DNA of 64,000 bases from a virus (Duplodnaviria > Caudoviricetes), in the IMG/VR virus record IMGVR_UViG_3300032226_000905, positions 22,276-86,275 of that record. One strand, written 5' to 3'. Position 1 is the stretch's first letter. The number at the start of each line of letters is the position of its first letter. Shown here piece after piece: positions 39,300-48,436 of this stretch. The translations under genes were made by a program, and so were the position numbers. The notes beneath the pieces were generated by a model, which made no database searches, was not told the DNA's origin, and worked only from the letters and a program-made list of their open reading frames with translations.

Positions 39300-39773
39300 T
39301 TATGTTTCTTTTAAAATCTTCATGATCTTTTCTTTTTCTAAAAGATCTCGTTCTAGTTCCATGTATTGATTACGCAGTTCTTTTAACTTATCCCAACGTT
39401 CTTCTAGTTCTGGATTTGGTTTAAGTATACCTAACCGCTCCTCGATTTTCTCTATGGATTCGCTCAAACTCTTGCCGCCTATCTTGATATCACTACCAGG
39501 CTTCATATCAATCCCTTCAGTGGTAATACTGACTGTGGAATCATTAGCAAAGTAGGTCGAATATATCGAAGATGTTCCTGAACTGGTCGTATAACCTCCT
39601 ACAGTGGATCCAGGATAGTTACCATAAGTTACTCTAGATGGCAATGATATCGTAGAGATACCACCGAGAGAATTATTTAAACTTGATACACTATACGAAG
39701 GTTGCGTCGTAGACCAATCGCTGACATTGATAGTAACAGTGCCGCTACCGTCTTCTATATTTTCTTCATCCAT
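39300..39773 (-). CDS. Hypothetical protein
   Basis: Ser/Thr-rich N-terminus, coiled-coil C-terminus. Confidence 0.55.
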   Translation of the reverse strand: MDEENIEDGSGTVTINVSDWSTTQPSYSVSSLNNSLGGISTISLPSRVTYGNYPGSTVGGYTTSSGTSSIYSTYFANDSTVSITTEGIDMKPGSDIKIGGKSLSESIEKIEERLGILKPNPELEERWDKLKELRNQYMELERDLLEKEKIMKILKET

Positions 39774-39774
39774 T

Positions 39775-40335
39775 TTATTTGATTCCTATGATCATAAATC
39801 TTCGGAAACTCCAGTTAGGATAGGTAAACAGCTTTTCTCCGGTAAAAAAAGTTTCAGATAGATTAAATTCTTTAACAAACTCGTCTAAATTGCTATGGCA
39901 TTCTGTGTGATCTTCGTGAGGCATATCGTTGCTCTGCAATACTACCAAGCAGTCTTTGGGTATGTTTTCAAACCATTTTCGAGACTCGATGTGTTCTACA
40001 CTGGTATTGATCACAGTGTCAAAATCATCGATAGTGTAATGAAAGTCGTTGGCATCGCTAGTTATACTCTTGAACTGCCAGTCCTGCCATTCCCAAGAGT
40101 TGTTGATCTTATCAGCGATTTTTTCAACTTCGGGATCAATATCTAGGCTACGAAAATTTTTGATTTTCATTCGGTTACGAATTCGCAGTATGAAGTTTGT
40201 TAGACCATACCAACCACCTAGGCAAAGTATCTGTCTAGGTTGAGCCAGCAGATTGAGTTCTACGACTTTTTCCAGCGACTCAGCTAACCATACCTTGCTG
40301 AGAACTTGACCGCTGGAAAAAGCATCGAAGTTCAT
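39775..40335 (-). CDS. Class I SAM-dependent methyltransferase-like protein
   Basis: LGGWYG motif I, SLDIDP, DAN, INTSVEH. Confidence 0.7.
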   Translation of the reverse strand: MNFDAFSSGQVLSKVWLAESLEKVVELNLLAQPRQILCLGGWYGLTNFILRIRNRMKIKNFRSLDIDPEVEKIADKINNSWEWQDWQFKSITSDANDFHYTIDDFDTVINTSVEHIESRKWFENIPKDCLVVLQSNDMPHEDHTECHSNLDEFVKEFNLSETFFTGEKLFTYPNWSFRRFMIIGIK

Positions 40336-40336
40336 A

Positions 40337-40531
40337 TTACTTGGCCTTGGCTTCTTTGCGGGCGTTCTTTTCTGCTGTGATTTCGTTGCGGCGTGCTTTG
40401 ATCAGTTTGGCAGCTTCTTGCAGAGCTTTACGAGCACGAGTACCTGCGGCTGAATTACCACCTGTGAATTTAGCATCTTCTGCTAGAAATGTTTCAAATT
40501 GAGTTTTTAGTTGTTCTACTGTGTTTGACAT
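40337..40531 (-). CDS. Histone H1-like Hc1-family small basic protein
   Basis: GNSAAGTRARKAL matches the Hc1 core GNKAA..RVR. Confidence 0.7.
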   Translation of the reverse strand: MSNTVEQLKTQFETFLAEDAKFTGGNSAAGTRARKALQEAAKLIKARRNEITAEKNARKEAKAK

Positions 40532-40574
40532 TTTGTTTTCCTTATAAAATGTGTCTAATACTTATCGTAGTAAA

Positions 40575-40685
40575 TGGTGTGGCCGGTAGGTTTCGAACCT
40601 ACAAAGGCTACGAACTATGTCAGCGCCCCGTCCCCTTTCCGAACTATGGGCTCGGCGGGAGCTTTGCCAATTTGCTCACGGCCAC
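40575..40685 (-). ncRNA. 111-nt tRNA-like RNA with an expanded anticodon region
   Basis: Acceptor stem GUGGCCG/CGGCCAC + ACCA; D-arm AGC-AAAUUGGCAAA-GCU; T-arm GUAGG-UUCGAAA-CCUAC; ~55 nt between D and T arms. Confidence 0.7.
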
Positions 40686-40690
40686 AGCTT

Positions 40691-40719
40691 ATTATATACT
40701 AAAAAAATACATAATGCAA
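40691..40719 (-). promoter_or_regulatory. Sigma70-type promoter of the tRNA-like RNA
   Basis: TTGCAT-17nt-TATAAT ending 5 nt before G1. Confidence 0.65.
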
Positions 40720-40792
40720 TAATTTTAAAAAATTTTTTAGGAAAATTCTAGCTAGATATATAGTATAGATATTTTATTTTTAAGGAAATCAA

Positions 40793-41812
40793 ATGAAACT
40801 AAAACTTTTACCATTACTATGTCTTTTTGGAATTTCTACGGCCTACTCTCAGGTTTCAGTATATGGTGTTATCGATACCAGTATCCAATCTTATAATAAC
40901 GGAACTACTAGTTTTACTAGAGCAGCTGACAGTCAATACAGCACGAGTCGTTTGGGATTTCGAGGAACAGAAGACCTCGGAGGCGGACTAAGTGCCTTTT
41001 TTCAAGTGGAAGGTCAATTAAATCCTGCTACAGGTTCTATGGGATCTACTACAGTAACTACCAATGAAATTTTTAATAGAGACGCATACGTTGGTATCAA
41101 ATCTCCCGTGGGATCTATTAGAATGGGACGAACTGATGTGGCTTTGGTAGGAGAGATGGATTTATTTGTATCACAATCTGGAAACTTTGGTATGCATCCA
41201 ACTAACGGTACCAGCGTTGAATTGGGTACCGATCAAAAAAACGTGGTCAGATATGACAGCCCAGTTTATCGAGGATTTCAACTTATAGTAGGTCATGCTA
41301 CTAATAATGTAGGAGCAACCACGGATGCCGTAGCGGATCAAAATGGAGTCGCTCTAAGATATGAAGTAGGCAAACTAAAGGCCGGAGTAGGTCATCAGAA
41401 AAATCAAGGTGTAGGTGTGGCAGCACGTGAGACCACGACTGCAGGATTAGCCTATGATTTTTCTATTTTGTCAGTTGGTACCGCATATGCAAGGGGTGAT
41501 AATTCGACCACTACTGATGTGACTAGTTCGACATGGGTAACCTCAGTAAGGGTACCGTTGCAGCAACAGTATGCTGCACATGTCGTATATGCGCACAGCT
41601 CAAATGGTTCCAGCACTACTGATAACAAAGGCAACGGTGTTACATTAGCAGTTACTAAAAATTTAAGTAAACGCACTGCATTGTATGGCGCCTATACCAA
41701 AGTCTATAATCAGACTAATTCATCAATGGCTATGTTCAACGCTACTTCTGCTCCGGCAACTGCCGGCTTGAATACCAGTTCATTAGGACTAGGAATTAGC
41801 CATACATTCTAA
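40793..41812 (+). CDS. Gram-negative trimeric porin (betaproteobacterial type)
   Basis: Signal peptide, VSVYGVID, SRLGFRGTEDLGGGLSAFFQVE, LSKRTALYG, C-terminal LGISHTF. Confidence 0.93.
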   Translation: MKLKLLPLLCLFGISTAYSQVSVYGVIDTSIQSYNNGTTSFTRAADSQYSTSRLGFRGTEDLGGGLSAFFQVEGQLNPATGSMGSTTVTTNEIFNRDAYVGIKSPVGSIRMGRTDVALVGEMDLFVSQSGNFGMHPTNGTSVELGTDQKNVVRYDSPVYRGFQLIVGHATNNVGATTDAVADQNGVALRYEVGKLKAGVGHQKNQGVGVAARETTTAGLAYDFSILSVGTAYARGDNSTTTDVTSSTWVTSVRVPLQQQYAAHVVYAHSSNGSSTTDNKGNGVTLAVTKNLSKRTALYGAYTKVYNQTNSSMAMFNATSAPATAGLNTSSLGLGISHTF

Positions 41813-41820
41813 TTGATGTT

Positions 41821-42753
41821 ATGTTAAAACTATTGTTGATTTTATTTTTAGGAGTGTCTGCTTTTTCTACAAAGGCAGACACTGCCAACAAATTGCCAAA
41901 AGATGTTAGTATTATAGTTCCGTACGGACCTGGCGGAATTTCAGATGTACAGATAAGACATCTGACACAGTGGCTTTCGAAAAAAGGAATAAATTTAAAT
42001 CCTATTTTTAAACCCGGGGGCAACAGCACATTAGCTGCCAATGAACTGATATCATCAAATAAAGATGGCTCTGTGTTGATGATAAATTCGACTAGTAACT
42101 CGTTATTAGCTGAACAGAGATTAGGTAAGAAGGTGATTGATCCAATAATATCTACTGGCGGTACTGGTCAAGTAATGATAACTTTTTCTGGCAGTAAGTA
42201 TGAAAAATATGAAAATTTTATCAGCGCATTACAGAATTCAGATCCAGATATAAAGATAGGTTGGCATTCAGTAGCTACTGTTTTGAATCTTCACCAACTT
42301 TCTTCTAGGACCGGAGCGTTTAAACCTTTACTGATTCCTTACAAAACTTCTACAGATTCTAGCAGAGATGTTGCAGGACGACACTTACCTTTGGCATTAG
42401 TACCTTTGGCCACAGCCATGCCGTGGTTAGAATCGGGCAAAGTTAAAGTAGTTTTTGGTTTCATGCCAACATCGGGAAAATCTGGATTGCCAACTGATGT
42501 GATCGATTTGAAATCTAGAATTCCATCGTGGACGCATGATGAAATATTTTTTATAGGTTTACCCCCAGACACGGATAAAAAAATCTCGAGAATATGGTAT
42601 CAACTATTGGAAGAATGGTTGAACGATAAAGAAACTGAAGAAGTATTCAAGAAAGCATATTTTGGTAAGGATGTTAAAAATGCAGATCAAATCGTTTCTG
42701 TGATTAAACATCAAGGTACGATGATTAAAAAGTTTAATGTAGACATTAAATAA
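41821..42753 (+). CDS. Tripartite tricarboxylate transporter substrate-binding protein (Bug/TctC-like)
   Basis: Signal peptide, IIVPYGPGGISD, KPGGN, DGSVL. Confidence 0.75.
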   Translation: MLKLLLILFLGVSAFSTKADTANKLPKDVSIIVPYGPGGISDVQIRHLTQWLSKKGINLNPIFKPGGNSTLAANELISSNKDGSVLMINSTSNSLLAEQRLGKKVIDPIISTGGTGQVMITFSGSKYEKYENFISALQNSDPDIKIGWHSVATVLNLHQLSSRTGAFKPLLIPYKTSTDSSRDVAGRHLPLALVPLATAMPWLESGKVKVVFGFMPTSGKSGLPTDVIDLKSRIPSWTHDEIFFIGLPPDTDKKISRIWYQLLEEWLNDKETEEVFKKAYFGKDVKNADQIVSVIKHQGTMIKKFNVDIK

Positions 42754-42756
42754 TAC

Positions 42757-42945
42757 ATGAAGACTGAAATCTCAGGAATGAAAACCAGACTGTGGAAAGA
42801 GGGAGTTTTACCTCCCTTGGATGCCAAGCGTCCTAGATGTAAAGTCCTATACTGCTACGATGGAAAAAATGGTATATTAGATGAGGACGACACAGACTTT
42901 GTGGATTGGCTCATTGTTATAGCCTATGAAACAGAGAAAAAATAA
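42757..42945 (+). CDS. Small hypothetical protein
   Basis: 62-aa ORF coupled to the next gene. Confidence 0.45.
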   Translation: MKTEISGMKTRLWKEGVLPPLDAKRPRCKVLYCYDGKNGILDEDDTDFVDWLIVIAYETEKK

Positions 42946-43718
42946 TGGATCCAAAAATTTACGAATCAAGAGCTAAGTATCATTCTCTACCTGCTGATTT
43001 TCAATATCAGGGAGCTGAAAAATATCAAAGCAATTTAGAATATATCAAAGAAAATTTCAGCAGTTATCATTTTGATAAATGGAAAAAAGAAGAAGAAGGA
43101 GATTGGTATCATCAGTTAGGAAGATTTGAATTAGATCCAGAGATACCAAAAATCATTCCTTGGCTGATTGAAAAATCTAAAGAAGTAGGTTGGACCGAAC
43201 TATCAAAAAAAGGAGCGCATCCGGGCTTTCCGGGAGGAGTGAGTCCTCTCCAGGATCAAGAAGATTACGATTTAGAACAAAGCGGAGTAAAAAATGATTT
43301 TGTTCAAATGGTCCCCGAGCCAGACATGTGTAATATTCCTGCTCTTCAAAAAATGGGTGAATATTGGAAATTTAAAAGACTAAGAACCAGAGTCCATGTA
43401 CAAATGCCAGGTCAGCTGTTTACTTGGCATGTGGATAAACTTTGGCACAGGAATCCGTTAGCCCCGCATAAAATGTCTAGAATGGTTATATTTTTAGAAG
43501 ATTATGAACCGGGACAGATAATGGTCTATGGTAATTCTGTTCTAACACAGTGGCGTGCCGGTGATGTACATATTTTTGACACGTTAAATATTCCTCACTG
43601 TACTGCAAATATGAGTTATAAGCCTAGAGTGGTAATGATTATAACAGCAGTTCGTACAGACGAGACTGATAAAATTCTAAAAGACTGCACCGCAGATACT
43701 ATACATCGATATACTTAA
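42945..43718 (+). CDS. Asp/Asn beta-hydroxylase-like 2OG-Fe(II) oxygenase
   Basis: PGQLFTWHVD, WRAGDVHIFD, IPHCTAN, PRVVM. Confidence 0.8.
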   Translation: MDPKIYESRAKYHSLPADFQYQGAEKYQSNLEYIKENFSSYHFDKWKKEEEGDWYHQLGRFELDPEIPKIIPWLIEKSKEVGWTELSKKGAHPGFPGGVSPLQDQEDYDLEQSGVKNDFVQMVPEPDMCNIPALQKMGEYWKFKRLRTRVHVQMPGQLFTWHVDKLWHRNPLAPHKMSRMVIFLEDYEPGQIMVYGNSVLTQWRAGDVHIFDTLNIPHCTANMSYKPRVVMIITAVRTDETDKILKDCTADTIHRYT

Positions 43719-44745
43719 ATTGTTTTACTAGATATTCATCTACAATTACAGGCTCGAAGTTTGATGAGTCTGTTTTTTTGATAATGTCTTGAAGTAGATA
43801 TTGATTAGTAGTACTTAAACCCCAATTCAGATTTGGAACCACGGCCGCACAATTCAAAAGAACTGAACTAGCAATTCCAGTCTCTGCGATCTTTCCGGAT
43901 AGGTTTACATTTAATCCTAGATCATTTGCCAAGTTTGCAGCTTCGATTATCTTGAAGGGATCACTGAATTTTATCAGTTTTAAATTTACTCCTTGACCGG
44001 TGCCCAGACTCATCATTTCGCGAATATCTTTGCAGGAAAAAATGTCCTGATCTAGACATACACTTATACCCAGATCGAGAGAATTACAGTCTTCAATATA
44101 GATTATATTATCTCTAGAAGTTTCTTGAACAAATGTTTGAAAAGATTCTGTAGAAATGCCGCTGTTTGAATCAACGCATAGATTAGAATCATGTATTATT
44201 TCTCTTAGACGATGTATTAGTAAAATCTCATCGTTGATGTCGTGTTTGCCTATTTTGACTTTAAAAAATCTAGTACCGGACAGGTAACAATCTTCAGCTT
44301 CTTTAAGATCACTGTCTATAGTGTCGTTAGCTAATATTCTTAAACTTTTAAGATCATTTCTGATTTTTTTTCCTAATAGTTGATGTAGTGAAATATTATT
44401 AGCTCTACAATATAAATCTAGTACAGCCGAATACACTGCAAATTTGGCACCAGTATTGCCATAGAACATTTTATCTATGCTAGAGATGATTTTTTTATAA
44501 TCTGAAATTTTTTGATTGATAATAAGGCTTCGAAACCAACGATTGATGATTTCGGCCATTCCAGAAACTGTATCGCCAGTCATTCTGGGGGCTGATGCAG
44601 ATTCACCCCAACCGACCAGTCCATCTGATTCAATTTTGACTATTATATTTTCAGCATGACTTATGCACCTACCAGAAAGAAACATAGGCTTCTTCAGCGG
44701 AATTTTTAAAACAATCGTTTCGAGGTTGGTAACTTTTAAAGACAT
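43699..44745 (-). CDS. Enolase superfamily, MLE / dipeptide-epimerase-like protein
   Basis: GLVGWGES, KVKIG, VDSN, IED, NLKLIK. Confidence 0.8.
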   Translation of the reverse strand: MSLKVTNLETIVLKIPLKKPMFLSGRCISHAENIIVKIESDGLVGWGESASAPRMTGDTVSGMAEIINRWFRSLIINQKISDYKKIISSIDKMFYGNTGAKFAVYSAVLDLYCRANNISLHQLLGKKIRNDLKSLRILANDTIDSDLKEAEDCYLSGTRFFKVKIGKHDINDEILLIHRLREIIHDSNLCVDSNSGISTESFQTFVQETSRDNIIYIEDCNSLDLGISVCLDQDIFSCKDIREMMSLGTGQGVNLKLIKFSDPFKIIEAANLANDLGLNVNLSGKIAETGIASSVLLNCAAVVPNLNWGLSTTNQYLLQDIIKKTDSSNFEPVIVDEYLVKQFKYIDV

Positions 44746-44755
44746 TTAAAGTAGT

Positions 44756-45937
44756 TTATTGAACGAAATCTAGAATCTTAAATCCTTTAGTTTTTAATTT
44801 TCTTAGTCCTGCATTGTAATTTGTTTTTTCTAGAAGCAAAGAAGTGTCTATATCGCTTTGAATACTTTTAACTGTTGAGCTATAGACATCTCTAGCCTCT
44901 GCGAAATCAGACATTTCATACATCCAATAATACCAATCACTGCGATCCACATTTGGTTTTCCTACTTGGAAAGTTGAGGGGTTCCAAGAATCTCGATACA
45001 GAATATCCTTGAAAAGTTTATTCTGCAATTTTAAAAGTCGATTTACTCTCAATGCTGAATTTTGATCATCTTTATTGATAAGACAATTTTTAAATTTTTT
45101 GTCAATGGCGACATTTAACGCAGTTTGATATGCCTGTTCCATGGGCAGGATAGGAAAATCCGCAGTCCAATAAAACGGTTCTTTAGTTCCTAACTCTGGA
45201 TTTACGATCAACATATCCATAGCATGATCTAAAAAATGAAAATATATTCCATCGGAATTTTCTGATAGAACCGGTTTTTCTATTCCGAAAATGTGAGCAG
45301 TATTTTCTGGTTTATATCTAGCGTCGAATTTATCTATATTTGCAGACATAAAAAAGACTGCCGGAGTATAATTAGAATAGAAATAATTATTGTGATCTAA
45401 TTTTTTATTCATAGTTCCTATGATTTTTTTAGACATGAGATTCTCTGCATAATCAACTATGGTAATCTTGATCTCTGGATTAGAGTTTGATATCCTTTTT
45501 AAAACAGGTTCGATGGCATAGTCCCATTCGCTTAGAGCATTTCTAGCAGAAGTGTCGTTGGCATTAGGTGTATAAAATTTTTTGTCAGATAAAATTTTAG
45601 GCCATTTAACTACTATTTCGTCTAATTTTATTTTATGTTTTAAAAAAGTATGTAGTATATTGTAACTGTCCGATCCTCCGCTGAAGTGTAAAACTAAATG
45701 CGAATATCGATCTCTCAGTTGTTGGGCTCGTTGTTTGTAAAGATCTGGCAAAGGAATTTTTCCTAACAGAGATCTATCAAAATTTTCCCAGATATGATTA
45801 TGATAGTAAAAGAAAATTTCATCGGTCTTCAAAATTGAGGCATATTTAAAGGCTTCGAATTTTCTAAGAAACCCTCGGCCATTGACAATCCAGCAACCAT
45901 ATTTTGAAAGAAGTTTGGGATATTTGAGATGATCCAT
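44756..45937 (-). CDS. PP-loop (asparagine-synthase-like) ATP pyrophosphatase, type A1
   Basis: YKQRAQQLRDRY..LVLHFSGGSDS, FGIEKP, FYWT. Confidence 0.75.
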   Translation of the reverse strand: MDHLKYPKLLSKYGCWIVNGRGFLRKFEAFKYASILKTDEIFFYYHNHIWENFDRSLLGKIPLPDLYKQRAQQLRDRYSHLVLHFSGGSDSYNILHTFLKHKIKLDEIVVKWPKILSDKKFYTPNANDTSARNALSEWDYAIEPVLKRISNSNPEIKITIVDYAENLMSKKIIGTMNKKLDHNNYFYSNYTPAVFFMSANIDKFDARYKPENTAHIFGIEKPVLSENSDGIYFHFLDHAMDMLIVNPELGTKEPFYWTADFPILPMEQAYQTALNVAIDKKFKNCLINKDDQNSALRVNRLLKLQNKLFKDILYRDSWNPSTFQVGKPNVDRSDWYYWMYEMSDFAEARDVYSSTVKSIQSDIDTSLLLEKTNYNAGLRKLKTKGFKILDFVQ

Positions 45938-45945
45938 AGGACAAA

Positions 45946-45975
45946 TATTTAAGCATTACTGTGTGGGTATAAATA
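45946..45975. promoter_or_regulatory. Divergent late-type promoter pair
   Basis: Minus TAAATA at 45946-45951; plus TATAAATA at 45968-45975. Confidence 0.6.
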
Positions 45976-45980
45976 TTATC

Positions 45981-46436
45981 ATGATAATTTTAGAAGGTCT
46001 TTTTTATTTTTTCTTATGGACTTTAATGATCTATTGGATACATAGACTGTCTCACAGTTATAGAATTCCAATACTTTCAAACTTCCATAGAGAACATCAT
46101 AAATTTGTAGCGAATAACAAGATAACTTGGAAGTTTAATAACTTATTTTTATTCAACGACAATTGGCCCAGCACAATAGATTTCTGGTTGACTGAGGTTA
46201 TTCCTACAATAATTTTTTCTGTTATAACAGGACAGTACTGGTTATTGTTGGCATTTTACATTTATGCCGCTTGCTTACAAGAGTGGATAGAACACAACGA
46301 AAAATTCAATGCATATCCACTGCATACTTCGGGTCAATGGCATATGCTTCATCATACAAGTTATCCCTGCAATTTTGGCATAGGAACACCGCTATGGGAT
46401 TATATGTTTAGAACTAATAAAAAATTATCACTGTAA
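45981..46436 (+). CDS. Sterol desaturase / fatty acid hydroxylase superfamily membrane protein
   Basis: His boxes HRLSH, HREHH, HMLHH; NFG...WDYMFRT. Confidence 0.85.
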   Translation: MIILEGLFYFFLWTLMIYWIHRLSHSYRIPILSNFHREHHKFVANNKITWKFNNLFLFNDNWPSTIDFWLTEVIPTIIFSVITGQYWLLLAFYIYAACLQEWIEHNEKFNAYPLHTSGQWHMLHHTSYPCNFGIGTPLWDYMFRTNKKLSL

Positions 46437-46772
46437 AAACATTAAATCAGTTATTTCAGTCAGTTCTCTAGATTTTTTCCATGTTCTGTTCTGCCAAAAA
46501 GATTTAGAATAATTTACGATAGGATGATTATCGAATTCTTCGTAGCTGATTCGATCTGCAAATACAGTTGTAATTTCTAATTTATTACCATCATTAGATA
46601 ATATCAGTGATCGATAAAGTATTTTCTTTTGATCGATCATTTCTTTGACCAGTTTTCTAACGCCGGTGCCTTGAGAATCTTTTAATAGATGTTTCCAGTT
46701 TCTATAGTAGAAATCGTCTATAGAAGTAGCATTTAAATTCTCTTCACAATACGTAATTTTAAGTAATATCAT
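46428..46772 (-). CDS. Small protein, possible dimeric alpha/beta-barrel
   Basis: LEITTVFADRISYEEFDNHP resembles 47532-47834. Confidence 0.45.
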   Translation of the reverse strand: MILLKITYCEENLNATSIDDFYYRNWKHLLKDSQGTGVRKLVKEMIDQKKILYRSLILSNDGNKLEITTVFADRISYEEFDNHPIVNYSKSFWQNRTWKKSRELTEITDLMFLQ

Positions 46773-47512
46773 AGATCTAACTGTTGAACAATGTAATCAG
46801 GTAAAGCAGAATAATGTAGTCTAGCAGATTTGCAATACTGACTAATGAATTCTTTTAGTTCTTCGAAATTAGTAAAATACTTAGACATATCGTGACTATC
46901 GTTGTAACCGCTATTAAAAATTATATCATGATCGAAGTAATCATTTATTTTAGAATACCGAACAGAATCAGATAGGTCTTCTAAATAAACTTTGTGTATA
47001 AAATTCTTATGGAATGAGTATTCATTTTCTAGCTGCCAATACTGAAAAGAAAAATTATTAAAATAATCAATGATTCTTCTATCTTCTCGATTTGATCTAC
47101 GAAATGTAAATGCTTCAAATCTCGTCGAGGATCCATCGTAATTTGAATTCTCTATAGCTAATAAAAAACTTCCAAAGGTCTTCCAAAAATTTTTCCTTAG
47201 TACTATGAATACATCTAATTGATTATTTTCTATGATATTTTTAAAATCTCTATGCCAAATTAGAAAAGTTTTAAATCCCATGTATTCTTTATTTTGATGA
47301 TGTTTCATGTCTATCATTTTTTTGACGATAGCATCGTGATCATACAAATGACTTTGAAAAAACTGAGAAGAATAACTTATCTGTTTGAGATTAAATGGTT
47401 CGAAACTACGGAACGGAGGTATCCAAATTTTAGATATTTGTGATAGCGTGTTACAGAAGAATTTTGTGCCGCTTCTTGGAATGCCGAGAACGACAAAGTT
47501 TTTATTTGACAT
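46769..47512 (-). CDS. Sulfotransferase (Stf0-like)
   Basis: GIPRSGTKF PAPS-binding loop, EPFN, GFK, LRKN. Confidence 0.75.
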   Translation of the reverse strand: MSNKNFVVLGIPRSGTKFFCNTLSQISKIWIPPFRSFEPFNLKQISYSSQFFQSHLYDHDAIVKKMIDMKHHQNKEYMGFKTFLIWHRDFKNIIENNQLDVFIVLRKNFWKTFGSFLLAIENSNYDGSSTRFEAFTFRRSNREDRRIIDYFNNFSFQYWQLENEYSFHKNFIHKVYLEDLSDSVRYSKINDYFDHDIIFNSGYNDSHDMSKYFTNFEELKEFISQYCKSARLHYSALPDYIVQQLDL

Positions 47513-47531
47513 GTACTACCAAACTTACAAT

Positions 47532-47834
47532 TTAAATACTCGAAGTAGTGGTTTCTTTGGTGATGCTATTGGTGTTGTTGTACATATCAAATAGATCCTG
47601 TTGGAATCTTATATCAGGATCTGCAAGATAGTTATTATACTCTTCTTCATTATTCCAGATCTGTCTAATTTCAAGTGTTAGAGGATCTAGTTCTTGGTAC
47701 GATCTTCGATTGTACATGTCGTGTCTTAGCTGCGCTTCTTTGTAATTAGGGCTGACCTTTTCGGCAAAATATTGGCTGTGCCATGCCAAGGAGGGCAACG
47801 GTTTTCTAAAAATTAAAGTAACGATAAAAGGCAT
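47532..47834 (-). CDS. Small protein, possible dimeric alpha/beta-barrel
   Basis: LEIRQIWNNEEEYNNYLADP. Confidence 0.45.
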   Translation of the reverse strand: MPFIVTLIFRKPLPSLAWHSQYFAEKVSPNYKEAQLRHDMYNRRSYQELDPLTLEIRQIWNNEEEYNNYLADPDIRFQQDLFDMYNNTNSITKETTTSSI

Positions 47835-47858
47835 GATCTTTCCTAGTTTATGTTCTGT

Positions 47859-47926
47859 TATTTATCACGAAAAATTTAGGGCCGCGCCAACTAGAATTAT
47901 TTGTAGGTCTAACACTCATATAAATA
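47859..47926. promoter_or_regulatory. Divergent late-type promoter pair
   Basis: Minus TAAATA at 47859-47864; plus TATAAATA at 47919-47926. Confidence 0.6.
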
Positions 47927-47935
47927 TTTGTCATT

Positions 47936-48436
47936 ATGCTGGTAAAATATCTCGAAAATATAGAAAATTTTCCTAAATTAGCCGAAGAAATCATGGAATT
48001 GATTTCAAAAGTGCAGTTCAAGGATAATCAAATTTCATGTCAAGGTCTTACAGCTGATCAAGATGACTGGCATTCGAGTGTGGGATCTTTAAAAAAATTA
48101 GATGATCAAAACGAAGAAAACTATATCCATATCAATAAATCTTTACAGGGCACAGTTATAGAATCTGTTATAACAAGATTTGGCGGATATCGAGCAAGGA
48201 TAATGTCAATGGGTCCTAGAAAATGCTACAGTGTACATGCAGATCCAACTCCTAGAATCCATGTTCCTATAATTACCAATGACCAGTGCTGGATGACTTG
48301 GCCGTATGATAATTATTCTCAGCATCTAGTAGAAGGTCGAGCATTTTGGACCGATACTACTAAACAACATTCAGCATATAACGGACACGAGATGTTAGAA
48401 AGAATACATCTAGTGATGTGTGTGAAAATAAATTAA
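47936..48436 (+). CDS. Asp/Asn beta-hydroxylase-like 2OG-Fe(II) oxygenase
   Basis: RARIM, YSVHAD...RIHVPI, QHSAYN, RIHLV. Confidence 0.82.
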   Translation: MLVKYLENIENFPKLAEEIMELISKVQFKDNQISCQGLTADQDDWHSSVGSLKKLDDQNEENYIHINKSLQGTVIESVITRFGGYRARIMSMGPRKCYSVHADPTPRIHVPIITNDQCWMTWPYDNYSQHLVEGRAFWTDTTKQHSAYNGHEMLERIHLVMCVKIN

